Source: Hemiscyllium ocellatum
Taxonomy: Eukaryota
DNA length: 64,000 bases
Direction: 5' to 3'
Assembly: GCF_020745735.1 (NCBI RefSeq)
Contig: NC_083438.1
Location: forward strand, 32,610,443 to 32,674,442
Position 1 is the stretch's first letter; every line of letters begins with the position of its first letter. Positions 1 to 11,391 of this stretch are shown here, one piece after another. The position numbers and the translations under genes were made by a program. The notes under the pieces were generated by a model. That model was not told the origin of the DNA. It ran no database searches and was given only the letters and a program-made list of their open reading frames with translations.

Positions 1-289
1 TTTCTCCTCAGAAGCTATGAGGTGATGGAAACATGAAGGTGGACTTCGGGACAGGCAGCAGAGGAAAGTGGCCGAGCAGAGGCTGATAGCTCAGTTCGGT
101 TCCCATAGGGAGGGCTTCAACTGGGACCTTGGGGTCAGACACCCTTATAGACACACACACTCCCAAATTCACACATGTACCCCCTCACAGTCTTAAGACA
201 CTCTGCACTCACTACACACACATATACATATACACACACACACACTTTCTCACACTCACAACCCCCACCCCAGACAGACACATACACAC
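1..289 (+). mobile_element. Penelope-like element 3' part (GIY-YIG C-terminus plus CA-rich 3' UTR), truncated at the junction with ERV gag
   Basis: 1-150 matches 52120-52230 and the reverse complement of 50058-50160, which follow PLE RT/endonuclease coding sequence; at ~290 the sequence switches to gag. Confidence 0.75.
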
Positions 290-1686
290 CTAACTTCACT
301 ACTGGTCAGCGGTGCATTAACATAGCCGATTTCGCCATTAACAACGGGTGCTTCTCTAAGGGGATATATTTGTACCGATGCCCCACCTATGTCTCTCTCT
401 TCACTTCTTTTTACTGCTGATCTCGTTCTAATCGGACTCAAGGGAAGGTCTTCCACCAGACCCCTTTCAGGTCCTTGTACCGGAGGGGGTGCTGTGGGAG
501 AGGGAAACGACAGGCCATTATTATCACTGTTATATGGAGGGGGGGGGGGGGGGGGGGGGGGGAGCTTGACAAAGGATCCCAGCGGGAATCCTTTGTTTCC
601 TCATTGCCTTCTTCCGTTCTTGACTTTTTCAGATTTAAAATTTTTGGGCTCCCTATATAACAGGCGGCGTAGTCAGATTCTTTATAGGAGCACTTATGTT
701 TCCTATTTACATATATATTTAAATCTTGACATAACCAATCCTCGTCTGACCCATATTTAGGCCAAAATACATTTGGGGCTTTAATGCTTTCCTTAGTCCA
801 CTCAAAACAACAAAGTTTTATCATTTGTTTTTGGTCTTTTCCTCACGTCCGAGGATTGTATTTCCAATCTCTTCGCATTTTTCCTAAAGGACTGTCCATT
901 GGGATATAGCCTTCGGATGTCTCTCTCATTTCTCTTTCGACATCTGAATTGCTATTCTTATTTCCCATTTTAATACTCGGCCGTTTTCTTTATATAATTT
1001 TAATTAACCTCTCTGAGGTTCGGTGTTACGTTCTTCCACATCCACTTCAGGATCCTAGCCTCCGCGTGGGGGTTTCCCCTCTTAATAACCGGTCTAAGGC
1101 TGGGTGATCCAATCAGTTAGACACCTTACTTGTGAGATTAATCTAGCCAATTAAAGACCATTATTCTCTTTTCTTTAAAGTTGCCAATTCCCCCGTACAG
1201 AACCGACCACCAAGGTAATACGTAAAGGTCAATTTTCATCCCTTGCTCTGTGCACAAAAGTTACCTGGTCGAATGCGCGCCCCGTCCCGCGGCCATACCA
1301 GACAGCGAAAACTGTTGTCAATCTAGGTCGCCCGAAAATTTACCTTCACCCGGGTCTTATGTACACAAGAGTAACCCGACCGAACCACCACGTCTTAGTG
1401 CCCTTCGCACCGCGGCGAAACAGCAAGTAATGCTGCAAATCCTGGCCACCCGCGAATGCGGGTCTTAAGTCCATAAGAGTTACCTGACCAACCTGCCAGG
1501 TCTTAGTGTGCCTCGCTCGTCAACAAAACAAAACCTGCTGCCTACCCCGGTCGCCCGGATAATACTTATTTAAGACCTTTTTCATATCCGGATCTTGTGC
1601 ACAACCCGCCGCGTCGCGTCTGCCCGTCTTGTTTCCAGGGTCTCTCAGTCCAGATCTCGCTCGCCCGAGCTGCCGCGGCAATGGGG
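290..1686 (-). mobile_element. ERV gag 5' part (ATG at 824, frameshifted) plus 5' leader, copy A
   Basis: ORFs 438..824 and 256..456 match the N-terminal half of gag ORF 32778..34001; the leader matches 34002-34875. Confidence 0.87.
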
Positions 1687-1952
1687 GAGAGGGGAAAGAT
1701 ATAAAAGAGACCTAAGGGGCAGCTTTATCACACGGAGGGTGGTACGTGTATGGAGGGTGCCAGAGGATGTGATGGAGGGTGGTACAATTGTAACTTTTAA
1801 AAGGCATTTGGATGGGTATATAAATAGGAAGGGTTTGGAGGGATATGGGCCATGTGCTGGCAGGTGGGATAAGATTGGGTTGGGATATCTGGTCGGCATG
1901 GACGGGTTGGACCAAAGGGTCTGTTTTCATGCTGTACACCCCAATGATTCTA
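1687..1952 (+). mobile_element. 5'-truncated CR1 LINE 3' end, copy A
   Basis: CR1 ORF2 C-terminal peptide (RYKRDLRG...VVRVW...TFKRHLDGYINRKGLEGYG) and an ATGATTCTA-type tail. Confidence 0.8.
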
Positions 1953-4500
1953 GTTCTGGAATGTTGCACTAGTTCCATGGTAACCCTTTGATCTTTGTAT
2001 AACATTGTGTGAAATGTTGCTGAGCTCTGTCCCTGTCCATTCCCTGAGCTGTGAGGATGCTTCAATCCAGCCTGTCATTGAGCAGCAGCATCCAGGCACT
2101 TCCAGCTTGTCATCCTCTCGCTGCTGAACAGTCCCCGTGGATTGGAAAGGAGCAAATATTACCCCACTGGAGATCCAGAGGATGGGCATATATTGGGAAT
2201 TTCAGGAGGTATTTGAGAAGGTGCCAACACAATAGGTTGTTGTACAAGATGAGGGGTAAAATAGCATGGATTGTGGACAGGAACAGAGCAGGAACAAATG
2301 GGTCATTGTCAGTTGTCAGGATGTAACTGGTGCTGCAAGGATCAGTGCTGGGACCTCAGTGACTCACAATCTATATCAGTGACTGAGATGGGGAGATAGA
2401 GTGGAATTGTCCCAGTTTGCTGCTGATACAAAGCTCAGTGGGAAAGTAAGCTGTGAGGAGGATACAGAGGCTGCAAACAGGGATATGCTGGTTCACGTTT
2501 ATACTCCATGTGGGTGTGGATGTTCCACCGTTAAACATATTTCAACATTTGAACATTCCCAAAAGTTTTGAATTCCCTCCATGTACAGCCCTCAGATCTC
2601 TGTGCTCCTGTCTCCCTGATATTTCCATTGCTGCCTTGTTGGTGGCTGTGCCTTCAGCTGCCTGGCCGTGAAGGTCTGCAAATCCTCACCTAAACCTCTG
2701 TATCCCTCCACTCCTCTCTCTCTTCCTATGTCTCTTACTCTTCTCAACCCCAGCCTCAGCTTCAATATCACCCTAAATTTCTCCCTGTGAAATTGCTTTT
2801 TATCAATCCCCTGTTCAATGTTAAAGGTGCTATATAAATTCAGGTTGTTGTTTCTCCCTCTCCATTTGCCATTTTGAACCCTCTCCTTTATCTCAGGCAT
2901 CACAGGGTTCATTCACTGGGAAGCCCATCTCAATATCCTTGTTTCACTCAATATCCACAGTTCTGCGCTCCCACCTTTCCCCACACACAGCCCTCACAGT
3001 GGGAGGAGGAACTATTGCAGGGTTCACTCACTCTCTCCTCTGGCCCTCCCTCTGTCAGTCAGCACAGCTCTTGTGGAGTGCCCAGCTCTTGCCCATTGCC
3101 TCCCCTATAAGCCTCCTCTCCTCTACACTCTGTGCTCCATCACCGTGCAGCTCCTGTCACCCATTTTCCAGTTGCCATTGCTCCCCAGGATGTTGAGTGT
3201 TATTTAATGGGTCTGTGCTCCTTAGCAGCTCCTTTACACACATGTTCAAAGTATTGATTTCTTTTAACCCCTTCACTGCTGTTTTCTATCTCCTTGGAAA
3301 CAACCACCAGTGGGCTGCTTTGAAATGTACTTGCAACCAATACTCCAGCATTTGAAATGAAGCATCACATGGTGTCCCTTTGAGAGAGGTGACCTGTTCA
3401 GGTGAAGCTCGGAGCCTTGTACCAACAGCACCTGAGCATCAGGATGGAGCGGCTGGAGAACAAAACCTTCTGGGGAACGGGGCTGTCCAGCACTGACTGA
3501 GTTTCCACTGCACTGAGCCTGGCTCAGGGAGGGGGGAGTCAGCCCAGTGTTGTTGGGGGGGGATCGAGTGATTCCTGGTGGAAAGTCTAAGCTCATGATT
3601 GGGATCAGCAATCCGACTTTGCATGACCCTTCTGATCAGCACAATCTCAGGTGGAAAACTGTCAGTGGAAATGTTATCCCTTTTATAAAATGATTGGTGT
3701 ATGTATGGAACTCGTTGCTAAAGGAAGTGGTAGAGGGTGGTACAATTACATTTGGAAGGCATCTGGATTGGTAAATGAAAAGGAAGCGCTTCGAGGGATA
3801 TGGACCAAATTCTGGCAAATGGTATTAAGTCAGATGAAGATGTCTGACTGTTATGGACGAGTGGACCAATGGGTCTGCCTCTGGGCTTTATCTCTCTATG
3901 TCTGCCTCATTCCTTAATCCTCTGCATTCCTTATGCAGAGCGTGTTCAAACTCAACCCCAAGAATCATTTTTCTTAGGTAGTTTCCTTATTTATGGCTTA
4001 ATTAATATGTCATTAACTTTTTCTTCGTGCCAGAGCCCCATTTATTGTCCATGAGGCCTTGACCCACTGCAGTCATTGTAGGGATGGTGCTCCCACAGTG
4101 GGGAACATGGGAAGAGGCTTCAGAAACTCCCCCTGCAGCAGCACTTACTGGGCAAAGCCAGGAACTACTTGATTACCAGAAACAGTTTGTCTCCAGAATT
4201 AATAATCTGTATGGTTTATAGATTTTTAACTACATCTGGCTAAATATATGTCCTGCACATTTAACTGTAATAGAAGTACTGTTAATATTTAATAGAGTTG
4301 TTCCTTTTCTATATGAACTATCTGCTCTTGGGTGTGAATAAAGGAAACTGGTGCTGATATGTTTGATATATATTCTGTGAATATTTTATGTACGGATGTA
4401 TTTATATTTTCATCCTGGATAGTTGTACTTTGCTATCTGAAGTTTTTGCTCCGAACTGTGAATAAAGAGATAAATTGGTGCTGATATTAGTAAGTGTACA
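1953..4500 (+). pseudogene. Orphan 3' region of an older B7-like paralog (post-TM intron onward; no exons found), copy A; copy B equivalent ~35145-37690
   Basis: 1953-2060 matches the sequence directly after the TM-exon donors (13260, 46921); 2900-3600 matches 19420-20075; AATAAA at 4337 and 4461. Confidence 0.55.
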
Positions 4501-4679
4501 GTCTTATGTTTAATGACTCTCCTGGTCACTGCACAACCCCATCAATGCAGAAACTAAATTCTGTATACATCTAACTGAACACCTTCAAGACAGGAACCAG
4601 ACTTTGGGCTTGTCTGCCTGAATTATTTGAACACTGGAACCTTGTTAAAAATCATTACTGAAGTTCATGTAACGTAGAT

Positions 4680-5080
4680 CCACTGTATTACTGACATCAA
4701 TATGTATGGTCACTTTCTTGAAAGGTTTCTGATATTATTTCTCCCTGACAAAGCCTTGCTGACTATCCTTCGTTAATTCTTGCCTCATCAAGCAGAGATT
4801 TATTCTGCCCCTGAGAATATTTTCTCATTGTTTACCTTGCAGAGAGGTTAGACTCACTGGCTTACAGTTCTCTGTTTTATCCTTACCATCCTTACCAATA
4901 AGAAAGGTGCAACATTATATGCCTTCCAGTCCTCAGTAGCTCGTACATGTCTGCAGTGAATTCTAAAATTAGTTTCAGGGACCCTGTAATCTCTTCACTC
5001 CCTCACACAGCATCCTGAGATGCATCTCATCGAGATCTGAGGATTTATTCACGTTTGTCTTCAGCTTGGACACTGCCTCA
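4680..5080 (-). mobile_element. Degenerate CR1 ORF2 (RT) fragment
   Basis: Minus-strand peptide NKSSDLDEMHLRMLCE resembles the CR1 KSPGPDxxHPRVLKE motif. Confidence 0.55.
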
Positions 5081-5084
5081 GGAG

Positions 5085-5300
5085 TGATGGAGCAGGAGAG
5101 TCTGGAACAAGGACCCCCACTTGGTCCTGTGCAGGTTTCCAGTTCAAACACAGCCACAGCTATGGTAGAGGAGGAGGGTCTGGAACAAGGACCCCGCTGG
5201 GCCCTGTGCAAGTTACCAGGTCAGACACAGCCACAGGAATGGTAGTGGAGGAGAGGTCTGGAACAAGGACCCTCGCTGGGCCCTGTCCAAGTTTTGCAGG
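5085..5300. repeat. 78-bp minisatellite, about 3 units (copy A)
   Basis: CTGGAACAAGG recurs at 5102, 5180 and 5258. Confidence 0.9.
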
Positions 5301-6789
5301 TTACACACGGCATTGAAGCAGAGACTGAGGTGCAGCACTGTACCAAGACCGGCTGATATCCAGTAGCAGGCAGCAGAGTCAAAGAGTTTGCAGTCAAGTA
5401 TGAAGTAAACCATTCTACAAAGAATAGTTGGGTAAAATATCAAAGCTATTGCTGAAATATTTTGTATTTAAACAGAGATACAACCAGGTGCTGGAGAGTG
5501 GTGACTCTGCAAATAACATGCAAAACAATACTTTCTACTGTTTTTTTTAAGTGACAATAAATCTAACCTAATATAAATTTAATCTAAAGCTGTTAATACC
5601 TTCTGCATCCCAATTACAATTTATTCAAGTATAATACAATCTTCCTCTCTGATATTCAGACCTCCCTCATCCTCCTCAACACTGAATACAGATGCAAAGT
5701 ACTTGCTTCAAACTTTGTCACCTCTTCTCATTCAAAATACAGTTTCCAACTTTGGCCCTTCCAGTGTTCTACTCTTTCCCTGGTTATCTTCTTCGACCTA
5801 ATGTTCCTAAAGGTGACTTTAGATTTACCTGTAATTTGCTTGCCAATGTTATGCCATGTGCCCTCTTGGTTTGCCTCTGTTCCGTTTAAGTAGCTCCTGC
5901 ACTTATTCTCCTCTGGGAGACCTGGTGTTTTGAGTCCTTGATATCTACCATAAGCTTCCATTTTATCCTAATCCAACCCTTTACATTCTTCAACATCTAG
6001 GGTTCACTGCACATGTTTTTCCCATCCTTCACTTTCACAGACATATTTGGGCCCAGTACTCTTACTATGTCCTTGTTGAAATACTCTCACTGGTTGGATT
6101 TGGATTTTCCTCATGTCGTAGCTCCCAGACTACTTTGCACCTTCTTATATTAACGTTTGCCTTCCCCGATTTAGAAGTTTTGTTTTTGCTCATTTTCATA
6201 ACTACCTTAAATCTCACTGAGTTCTGATAGCTAACACCAAATACCCTCTGATTGATAGTTCCATTGCTTGACCAGTTTCATTTCTGCAATCTAGACCCAG
6301 CACTGTCCCCTCTCTTCTGGAATTTCTTGCATGCTAGATTAAAAAGATCTCTGGAATTCATATTAAAAATCCTGCCTATACTAACACTTTCACGTTTTGC
6401 TTATTCCAGTTAATATTTGCAAAGCTTAAATCCTCTGCTATTAGTATATCATTTTTACACTTCAAAATTAGCCTTCATATCTCGTGGAGACTATACTGTA
6501 CCATCAGCAAAGTGATGGTCTCCTTTTTGTTCTTAAGTTCTCGATACTAGATAAGCCAAAGTCCCATTTTGTGCTGTTTGGGTGACTCAGGATGGCCTCA
6601 ATTGAGGAAACTTTTCAATCAGCATTGACCCTGCAGCTGTCAGTCAGCATTGGCCCCGCTCATTGTCAATCAGCCCTGGCCCCACCTTCTGTCAATCATA
6701 TCATCCCTTCAGTGCAGAAGGAGACAATTTGGCCCACTGCTCCCACACCGACACCCCCAAAGAGTATTCCGCCCAAGTCCAGTTCCAAC

Positions 6790-7037
6790 CCTATCCGCGT
6801 AACTCCATATTCAACCCAGCTAATCCACCTCACCTACACATCCTGGACACTATGGCTAATCTACCTAACATGCACATCTTTAGACTGTGGGAGAAAACTG
6901 GAGCACCCAGACAAAACCCATGCAGACTTTTAGGAGAATGTGCAAATTCCACACATTTAATCACCCAAGGTGGAATCAAACCCAGATCCCTGGCACTATG
7001 ACATAGCAGTGCTAACCACTGAGCCACTGTGCTGCCC
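6790..7037 (-). mobile_element. tRNA-derived SINE (HE1-like, old); copy B equivalent ~40115-40362
   Basis: The reverse complement starts GGGCAGCACAGTGGCTCAGTGGTTAGCACTGC (A-box); body similar to 7916-8183. Confidence 0.75.
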
Positions 7038-7109
7038 TAATCAGCACCTATTCCACCTCCTGTTAATCGTCATTGATCCCGCACTATGTCAATCAAAAGC
7101 AAGAATTGA

Positions 7110-7400
7110 TATAGAGTCAGAAAGTGTCCACGCATCTGGGTTGAGTTGAAGAACCATAAAGGAAATAAAACAATGATGGTAGCTGTGTACAGGCCTCCTA
7201 GTAGTAGTCAGGATGTGGGGAAGAAAATAAATCCAGAGATGGAAAAGGCATGTAAGAAAGGCAATGTTACAAGAACCAAGGGTGGGAGGGCTTCAGTTAG
7301 CAGATGGACTGGGAAAATCAGATTGAGAGTGGATCTCAAGAAAGGGAAGTCATGGAATGTCTACAAGATGGTTGTTTGGAGCAACTGGTGTTCAGGGATA
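7110..7400 (+). mobile_element. CR1 endonuclease (APE) fragment
   Basis: Peptide IWVELKNHKGNKTMMVAVYRPPSS, a typical CR1 ORF2 endonuclease motif. Confidence 0.7.
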
Positions 7401-7915
7401 TGTGGGTCGGGTGTATTAGTCAGGTGTATTAAATGTAGAGCAAAAGGGTAAGGGAATGGTTCTGGGTGAGTTACTCTTCAGAGGGTTGGTGTGTACTTGT
7501 TGGGTCAAAAGGCCTATTTCCACACCACAGAGATTCGAGGGATCGGGTATTGAACACTGGGTTGAGAGTGTGGTGCTGGAAAAGCACAGCAGGTCAGGCA
7601 GCATCCGAGGAGCAGGAGAATCGAAGTTTCAGGCAAGAGCCCTTCATCAGAACTGAACCCTGGGATCAGGTTTCTGAGAAATACTATACTCAGAATTATG
7701 AGTCTGAGTGGGCATGGAGATGTTTCCACTCGATGGAGAGGTTGGGACCTGAGATGAGGAGGAATTTCTTTAGTCAGAGGGTGGATCTGTGGAACTCATT
7801 GTGGCAGAGAATGTGGAGGTGAAGTCACTGTGTGTATGTTAGACGGATATGAATAGGCTTTGAAGAAGGGTCATTAACTCTGCTTTCTCTTCACACGTGC
7901 TGCTAGCTGCTGAGT

Positions 7916-8183
7916 GGGCGGCACGGTGGCACAGTGGTTAGCACTGCTGCCTCACAGCGCCTGAGACCCGGGTTCAGTTCCCGACTCAGGTGACTGTGTG
8001 GAGTTTGCATGTTCTCCCCGTGTCTGCGTGGGTGTGCTCCGGTTTCCTCCCACAGTCCAAAGATGTGCGGGCCAGGTGAGTTGGCCATGCTAAATTGCCC
8101 GTAGTGTTAGGGTTGCGCTTCGGCGGGTCGGTATGGACTTGTTGGCTCGAAGGGCCTGTTTCCACACTAAGTAATCTAATCTA
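7916..8183 (+). mobile_element. HE1-type SINE, copy-A-specific
   Basis: GGGCGGCACGGTGGCACAGTGGTTAGCACTGC head, GGTTCAGTTCC B-box, (TCTAA)n tail; absent at the equivalent B position ~41238. Confidence 0.88.
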
Positions 8184-8553
8184 AAAACTGTCATGGGGAT
8201 GAAACAAACTTGTTGGGCTGAATGGCCATATTTCTGTTCCAATATCTTATATTTAAAAGTTGAATGATTCTATCGTCAATCAGTCAAAAATCACCAATAC
8301 TAGGCTAGTCCAACAGGTTTATTTGAAACTGCAACTTCGCAAGAAGCCGGGACACTAACCAACCAGAACCTGCCACACGGAAAGGGGAAATTTCAAAGCG
8401 CGAAAGGAGCTGCGAGATGAATCAGTTCTTCGTGGGATTCAATCTTTTGTGGCAGCCCTCACTCAGGGATCCAGCTCTGTGTCCTGAGGCTCCAGGATTA
8501 CTCTCCTCCCCTACCCTGTGATCCAGGGGACCGCATGATCCCCTCGCATCTCC

Positions 8554-8563
8554 GGGATTCTCC
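8554..8563 (+). promoter_or_regulatory. Consensus NF-kB site GGGATTCTCC upstream of gene A (also 41763-41772 in B); a second near-consensus site at 8384-8394
   Basis: Matches GGGRNWYYCC and lies ~70 bp upstream of the predicted ATG in both copies. Motif match only. Confidence 0.35.
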
Positions 8564-8631
8564 TTTCTTTTGGGATCCCATTCCCAGTCCGGGATACAGT
8601 AAGGGCTGGTTGTTCACTCTCTGCCCTGGAA

Positions 8632-8652
8632 ATGGCTGGACAGGAACAGCAG
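8632..8652 (+). CDS. B7-like gene A, putative exon 1 (MAGQEQQ)
   Basis: ATG followed by a CAG|GTACCG donor in phase 0, as exon 2 requires (exon 2 has no in-frame ATG); identical in copy B. Confidence 0.45.
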
Positions 8653-8857
8653 GTACCGAGTGAGGCTAGACGGTCAAGGGAGAGTGTGAGTGGAGCAAAA
8701 TCGATTGGGAATCGGGGAAAGAGCGAGTGTGTGCTCGGGGATGTAGAGTCGGAGGGGGGTTTGGGGGTGGAGGGAGAGGACGGGGAAAGAGTGGAGAGAG
8801 GCTTGTATGAAGGGGGGAATAGCAGGCGCAAGAAAGATGAATCTATAGAAGAAAGTT

Positions 8858-9290
8858 AAAAATCACACAACACCAGGTTATAGTCCAACAGGTTTAATTG
8901 GAAGCACACTAGCTTTCGGAGCGACGCTCCTTCATCAGGTCATTGTGGAGGGCTCGATCGGAACACAGAATTTATTGCAAAAAATTACACTGTGATGTAA
9001 CTGAAATTATACATCGAAAAATTGATTGTTGAGCCTTTCATCTGTTAGAATACAGTGATAGGTTCACTTCTTTCATGTGTAAATCACAAAACCCTTTTTT
9101 TAAAAAGTTGCATTGTCGGGTTAGCTGTTAACAATGGTGATAGCTAGACAATATGTTGAAGGTGTTCGCCCCCTGTGTTCTCTGCCTATGACCTGATGTT
9201 TTGATTGATTCTAATCTAAAAAGTGAGATCAGAGTTTTACATAAATTCACGCAGTTTTTGAGTTCAGAGTTCTACAAAAAGGGCTAACTA
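8858..9290 (-). mobile_element. PLE 3' UTR/tail in intron 1 with a hammerhead-like motif at ~8907-8942; copy B equivalent ~42066-42470
   Basis: Matches 49527-49930 and the reverse complement of 52490-52890; minus strand reads CTGATGA-AGGAGC-GTC-GCTCC-GAAA-GC-TA. Confidence 0.75.
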
Positions 9291-9306
9291 TGTTTTCCTG
9301 TTACAG

Positions 9307-9370
9307 GCACACAGCTCACAGAAACTACTCCCCCTGCTGCTGCTGCTGCTAAATGTTGCTGCTGTTGCAG
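9307..9370 (+). CDS. B7-like gene A exon 2, signal peptide (AHSSQKLLPLLLLLLNVAAVA-G)
   Basis: TTTTCCTGTTACAG acceptor, CAG|GTCAGT donor, Leu-rich h-region; phase-1 end matches the V exon. Confidence 0.82.
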
Positions 9371-10739
9371 GTCAGTGCTGTCACCGCTAGAACATTTCAG
9401 CAGTGATCAAAGGTTGGGGATGAGGGAAATTACTTTTAGCTGCTGCGTGGAATTCAAGTGGACACCATAGGTTCATGCTTCACACCAAGATCATAAGAGC
9501 TGAAAGGAAGGAACTTAATATCTTCAGATGGTACTAGGATAGTAGCCTGGGAATCTGGTGGGCCTGTGATGGGTGACTGAATGATGGCAACCGGTCTCTG
9601 AGAAATGCTATACATTAAACAACTGAAAATTGTTGCTGTGTGTCGGGGGGGGGGGGGGGGGGGTGGGGGACGAAAGTGTCATCAGGACTGGGCATTGGAC
9701 TTTAAATTCTGGGAAAGGGGGAAGTCTGACTGTATTGATGGAAGCTGAAAATGTATTGCTGGAAAATCGCAGCAGGTCAGGCAGCAGCCACGGAGCAGGA
9801 GAGTCAACGTTTCGGGCATGAACCCTTCTTCAGGAACTTGTATTGATGTATTGATGGAACTTTGTTCCACCGTTCAAATGACATCATGACTGATCTGTAG
9901 TCCAAGTCCATTTACCTGCCTTTGGCCCATGACACTTGTATTTTTTGCTTAATAAAAAAAAATCTCAGATTTTAAATTAACAACTGATCCAGCATCCACT
10001 GCCCTTAGTGCAAGAGAGTTCCAAACAATTCCCACCCTTTTTGTGTGTAGAAGTGTTTTCTAAGATCTCTGCTGAACAGTCTAGCCCTAATAGTCAGACT
10101 GTGGCCGCTAGTTCTTGAATCCCCAACCAGTGGAACTGGTTTATTTATCAATCCAGTCTTTTACTGTTCATACCTTGAAGACTTTGGTCAGATCACCTCT
10201 TAACCTTCTAAATTCTGGAGAAAAAAAGTTATATTATCTCCTCGTAACTGGACCCTAAAGTTCAGGTATCAGTCATGTAAACGTACGATTTGTACTCTCT
10301 CCAAGACCAACATATCCTTTCTAAGATGCAGTGCCAGATCTGCTTGCAGTACCCCAAGTGAAGTCTAACTAGGGTTTTGTACAATACAGTGAAACATCTG
10401 CATCCTTACCTGAACCAACAAGTTTGTTTTGGCATCCACTGTATTTGACATCATACCATCGAGAAAGTACCTTAACCTATCCTCTTCAGCCCAAAAGGAG
10501 AGGGGTGAAGTGTGACAGGTTGGTGACAGAGGGAGGTAAGATCCACATTTTGGGTTTCAGTCAATGGGTAGTTACCCCTTTAGATGGAATTTGATTTTGA
10601 GTATGTAGCTGTTTATTTTAATTCACAGACCAAGTCAGTTGACCCTCAGTAGTCAATTGTTGCAGTCTTTAGTTTTATTTTAAAATAACTAAGTTTTGAG
10701 TACAGTTCATGTTTTTAAAAGCTATGAATTGGATTTTTT

Positions 10740-10985
10740 TACAAGACTGTTGCTGGGATTGGATAGTTTAAGCTATAGGGAGAGGCTGAATAAGCTGGGG
10801 CTTTTTTCTCTGGAGCATCAGAGGCTGAGGGGTGACCTTATAGAGATTTATACAATCATGAGGGGCATGGATAGGGTGAATAGCCAAGATCTATTTCCCA
10901 AGAGGGAAACTAGAGGGCATTGGTTTAAGATGAGAGGGGAAAGGTATAAAAGGACCTGAGGGCAACTTTTTATGCAGAGCGTGAT
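10740..10985 (+). mobile_element. CR1 ORF2 3' fragment in intron 2; copy B equivalent ~43935-44180
   Basis: Peptide LSYRERLNKLGLFSLEHQRLRGDLIEIY, a typical CR1 C-terminus. Confidence 0.8.
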
Positions 10986-11046
10986 GCTTGTATGGATATA
11001 ATGTAGCAACTGTGAATAATGGATAATTATTTTCAATCTCTTCTAG

Positions 11047-11391
11047 GTAACTCACCTTTCCCAGTTTCTGGGTACCTGAGGGAGCAGGTTGTGCTGCCCT
11101 GTACCTACAAAAGGAATGTCCTACTCTCTGATTTACAGGTAATCTGGGGGACACTTAAGAGGGAAATTGTCCACAAGTTTGTCAATGGGAGCGATGATTT
11201 AAGAGAACAAGACCCACAGTTCAGAAACAGAACAAAACTGTTCAAAGCTCAACTGGAACAAGGCAACTGGTCAGTTCTGATCTCTGACCTCAGGGAGTCA
11301 GACCAGGCCGAATATCAGTGTCAGATTTACAGCAGGATGGAGGATCACTTTCGATGGGAGGGAGTTGATTCTGTCCATCTCTCTGTCACAG
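11047..11391 (+). CDS. B7-like gene A exon 3, IgV domain (115 codons, phase 1-1)
   Basis: TCTCTTCTAG acceptor, ACAG|GTAAGA donor; V-set motifs VVLPC, W in the C strand, QDPQFRNRTKLF, GNWSVLISDLRESDQAEYQC, resembling B7/butyrophilin-family V domains. Confidence 0.93.

Noticed and set aside
4034-4062. Candidate terminal exon (E)PHLLSMRP* after TTCTTCGTGCCAG, with (G)PHLLSISK* at 20098 and 55290
   Set aside because: It resembles the reverse-complement 3' end of a common LINE (compare ~25890-25965), the other copies lack a polypyrimidine tract, and the phase does not match the TM donor.
7916-7990. tRNA genes at SINE heads (also ~31900-31978 and ~6960-7037)
   Set aside because: A and B boxes are present, but they continue into the SINE body and tail with no complete cloverleaf.
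11019-11046. ORF-track starts MDNYFQSLL (11019, 44214) and MGKYFQSFL (45722) as true N-termini
   Set aside because: These are intronic read-through into polypyrimidine tracts; canonical acceptors and an upstream signal exon explain the frame.
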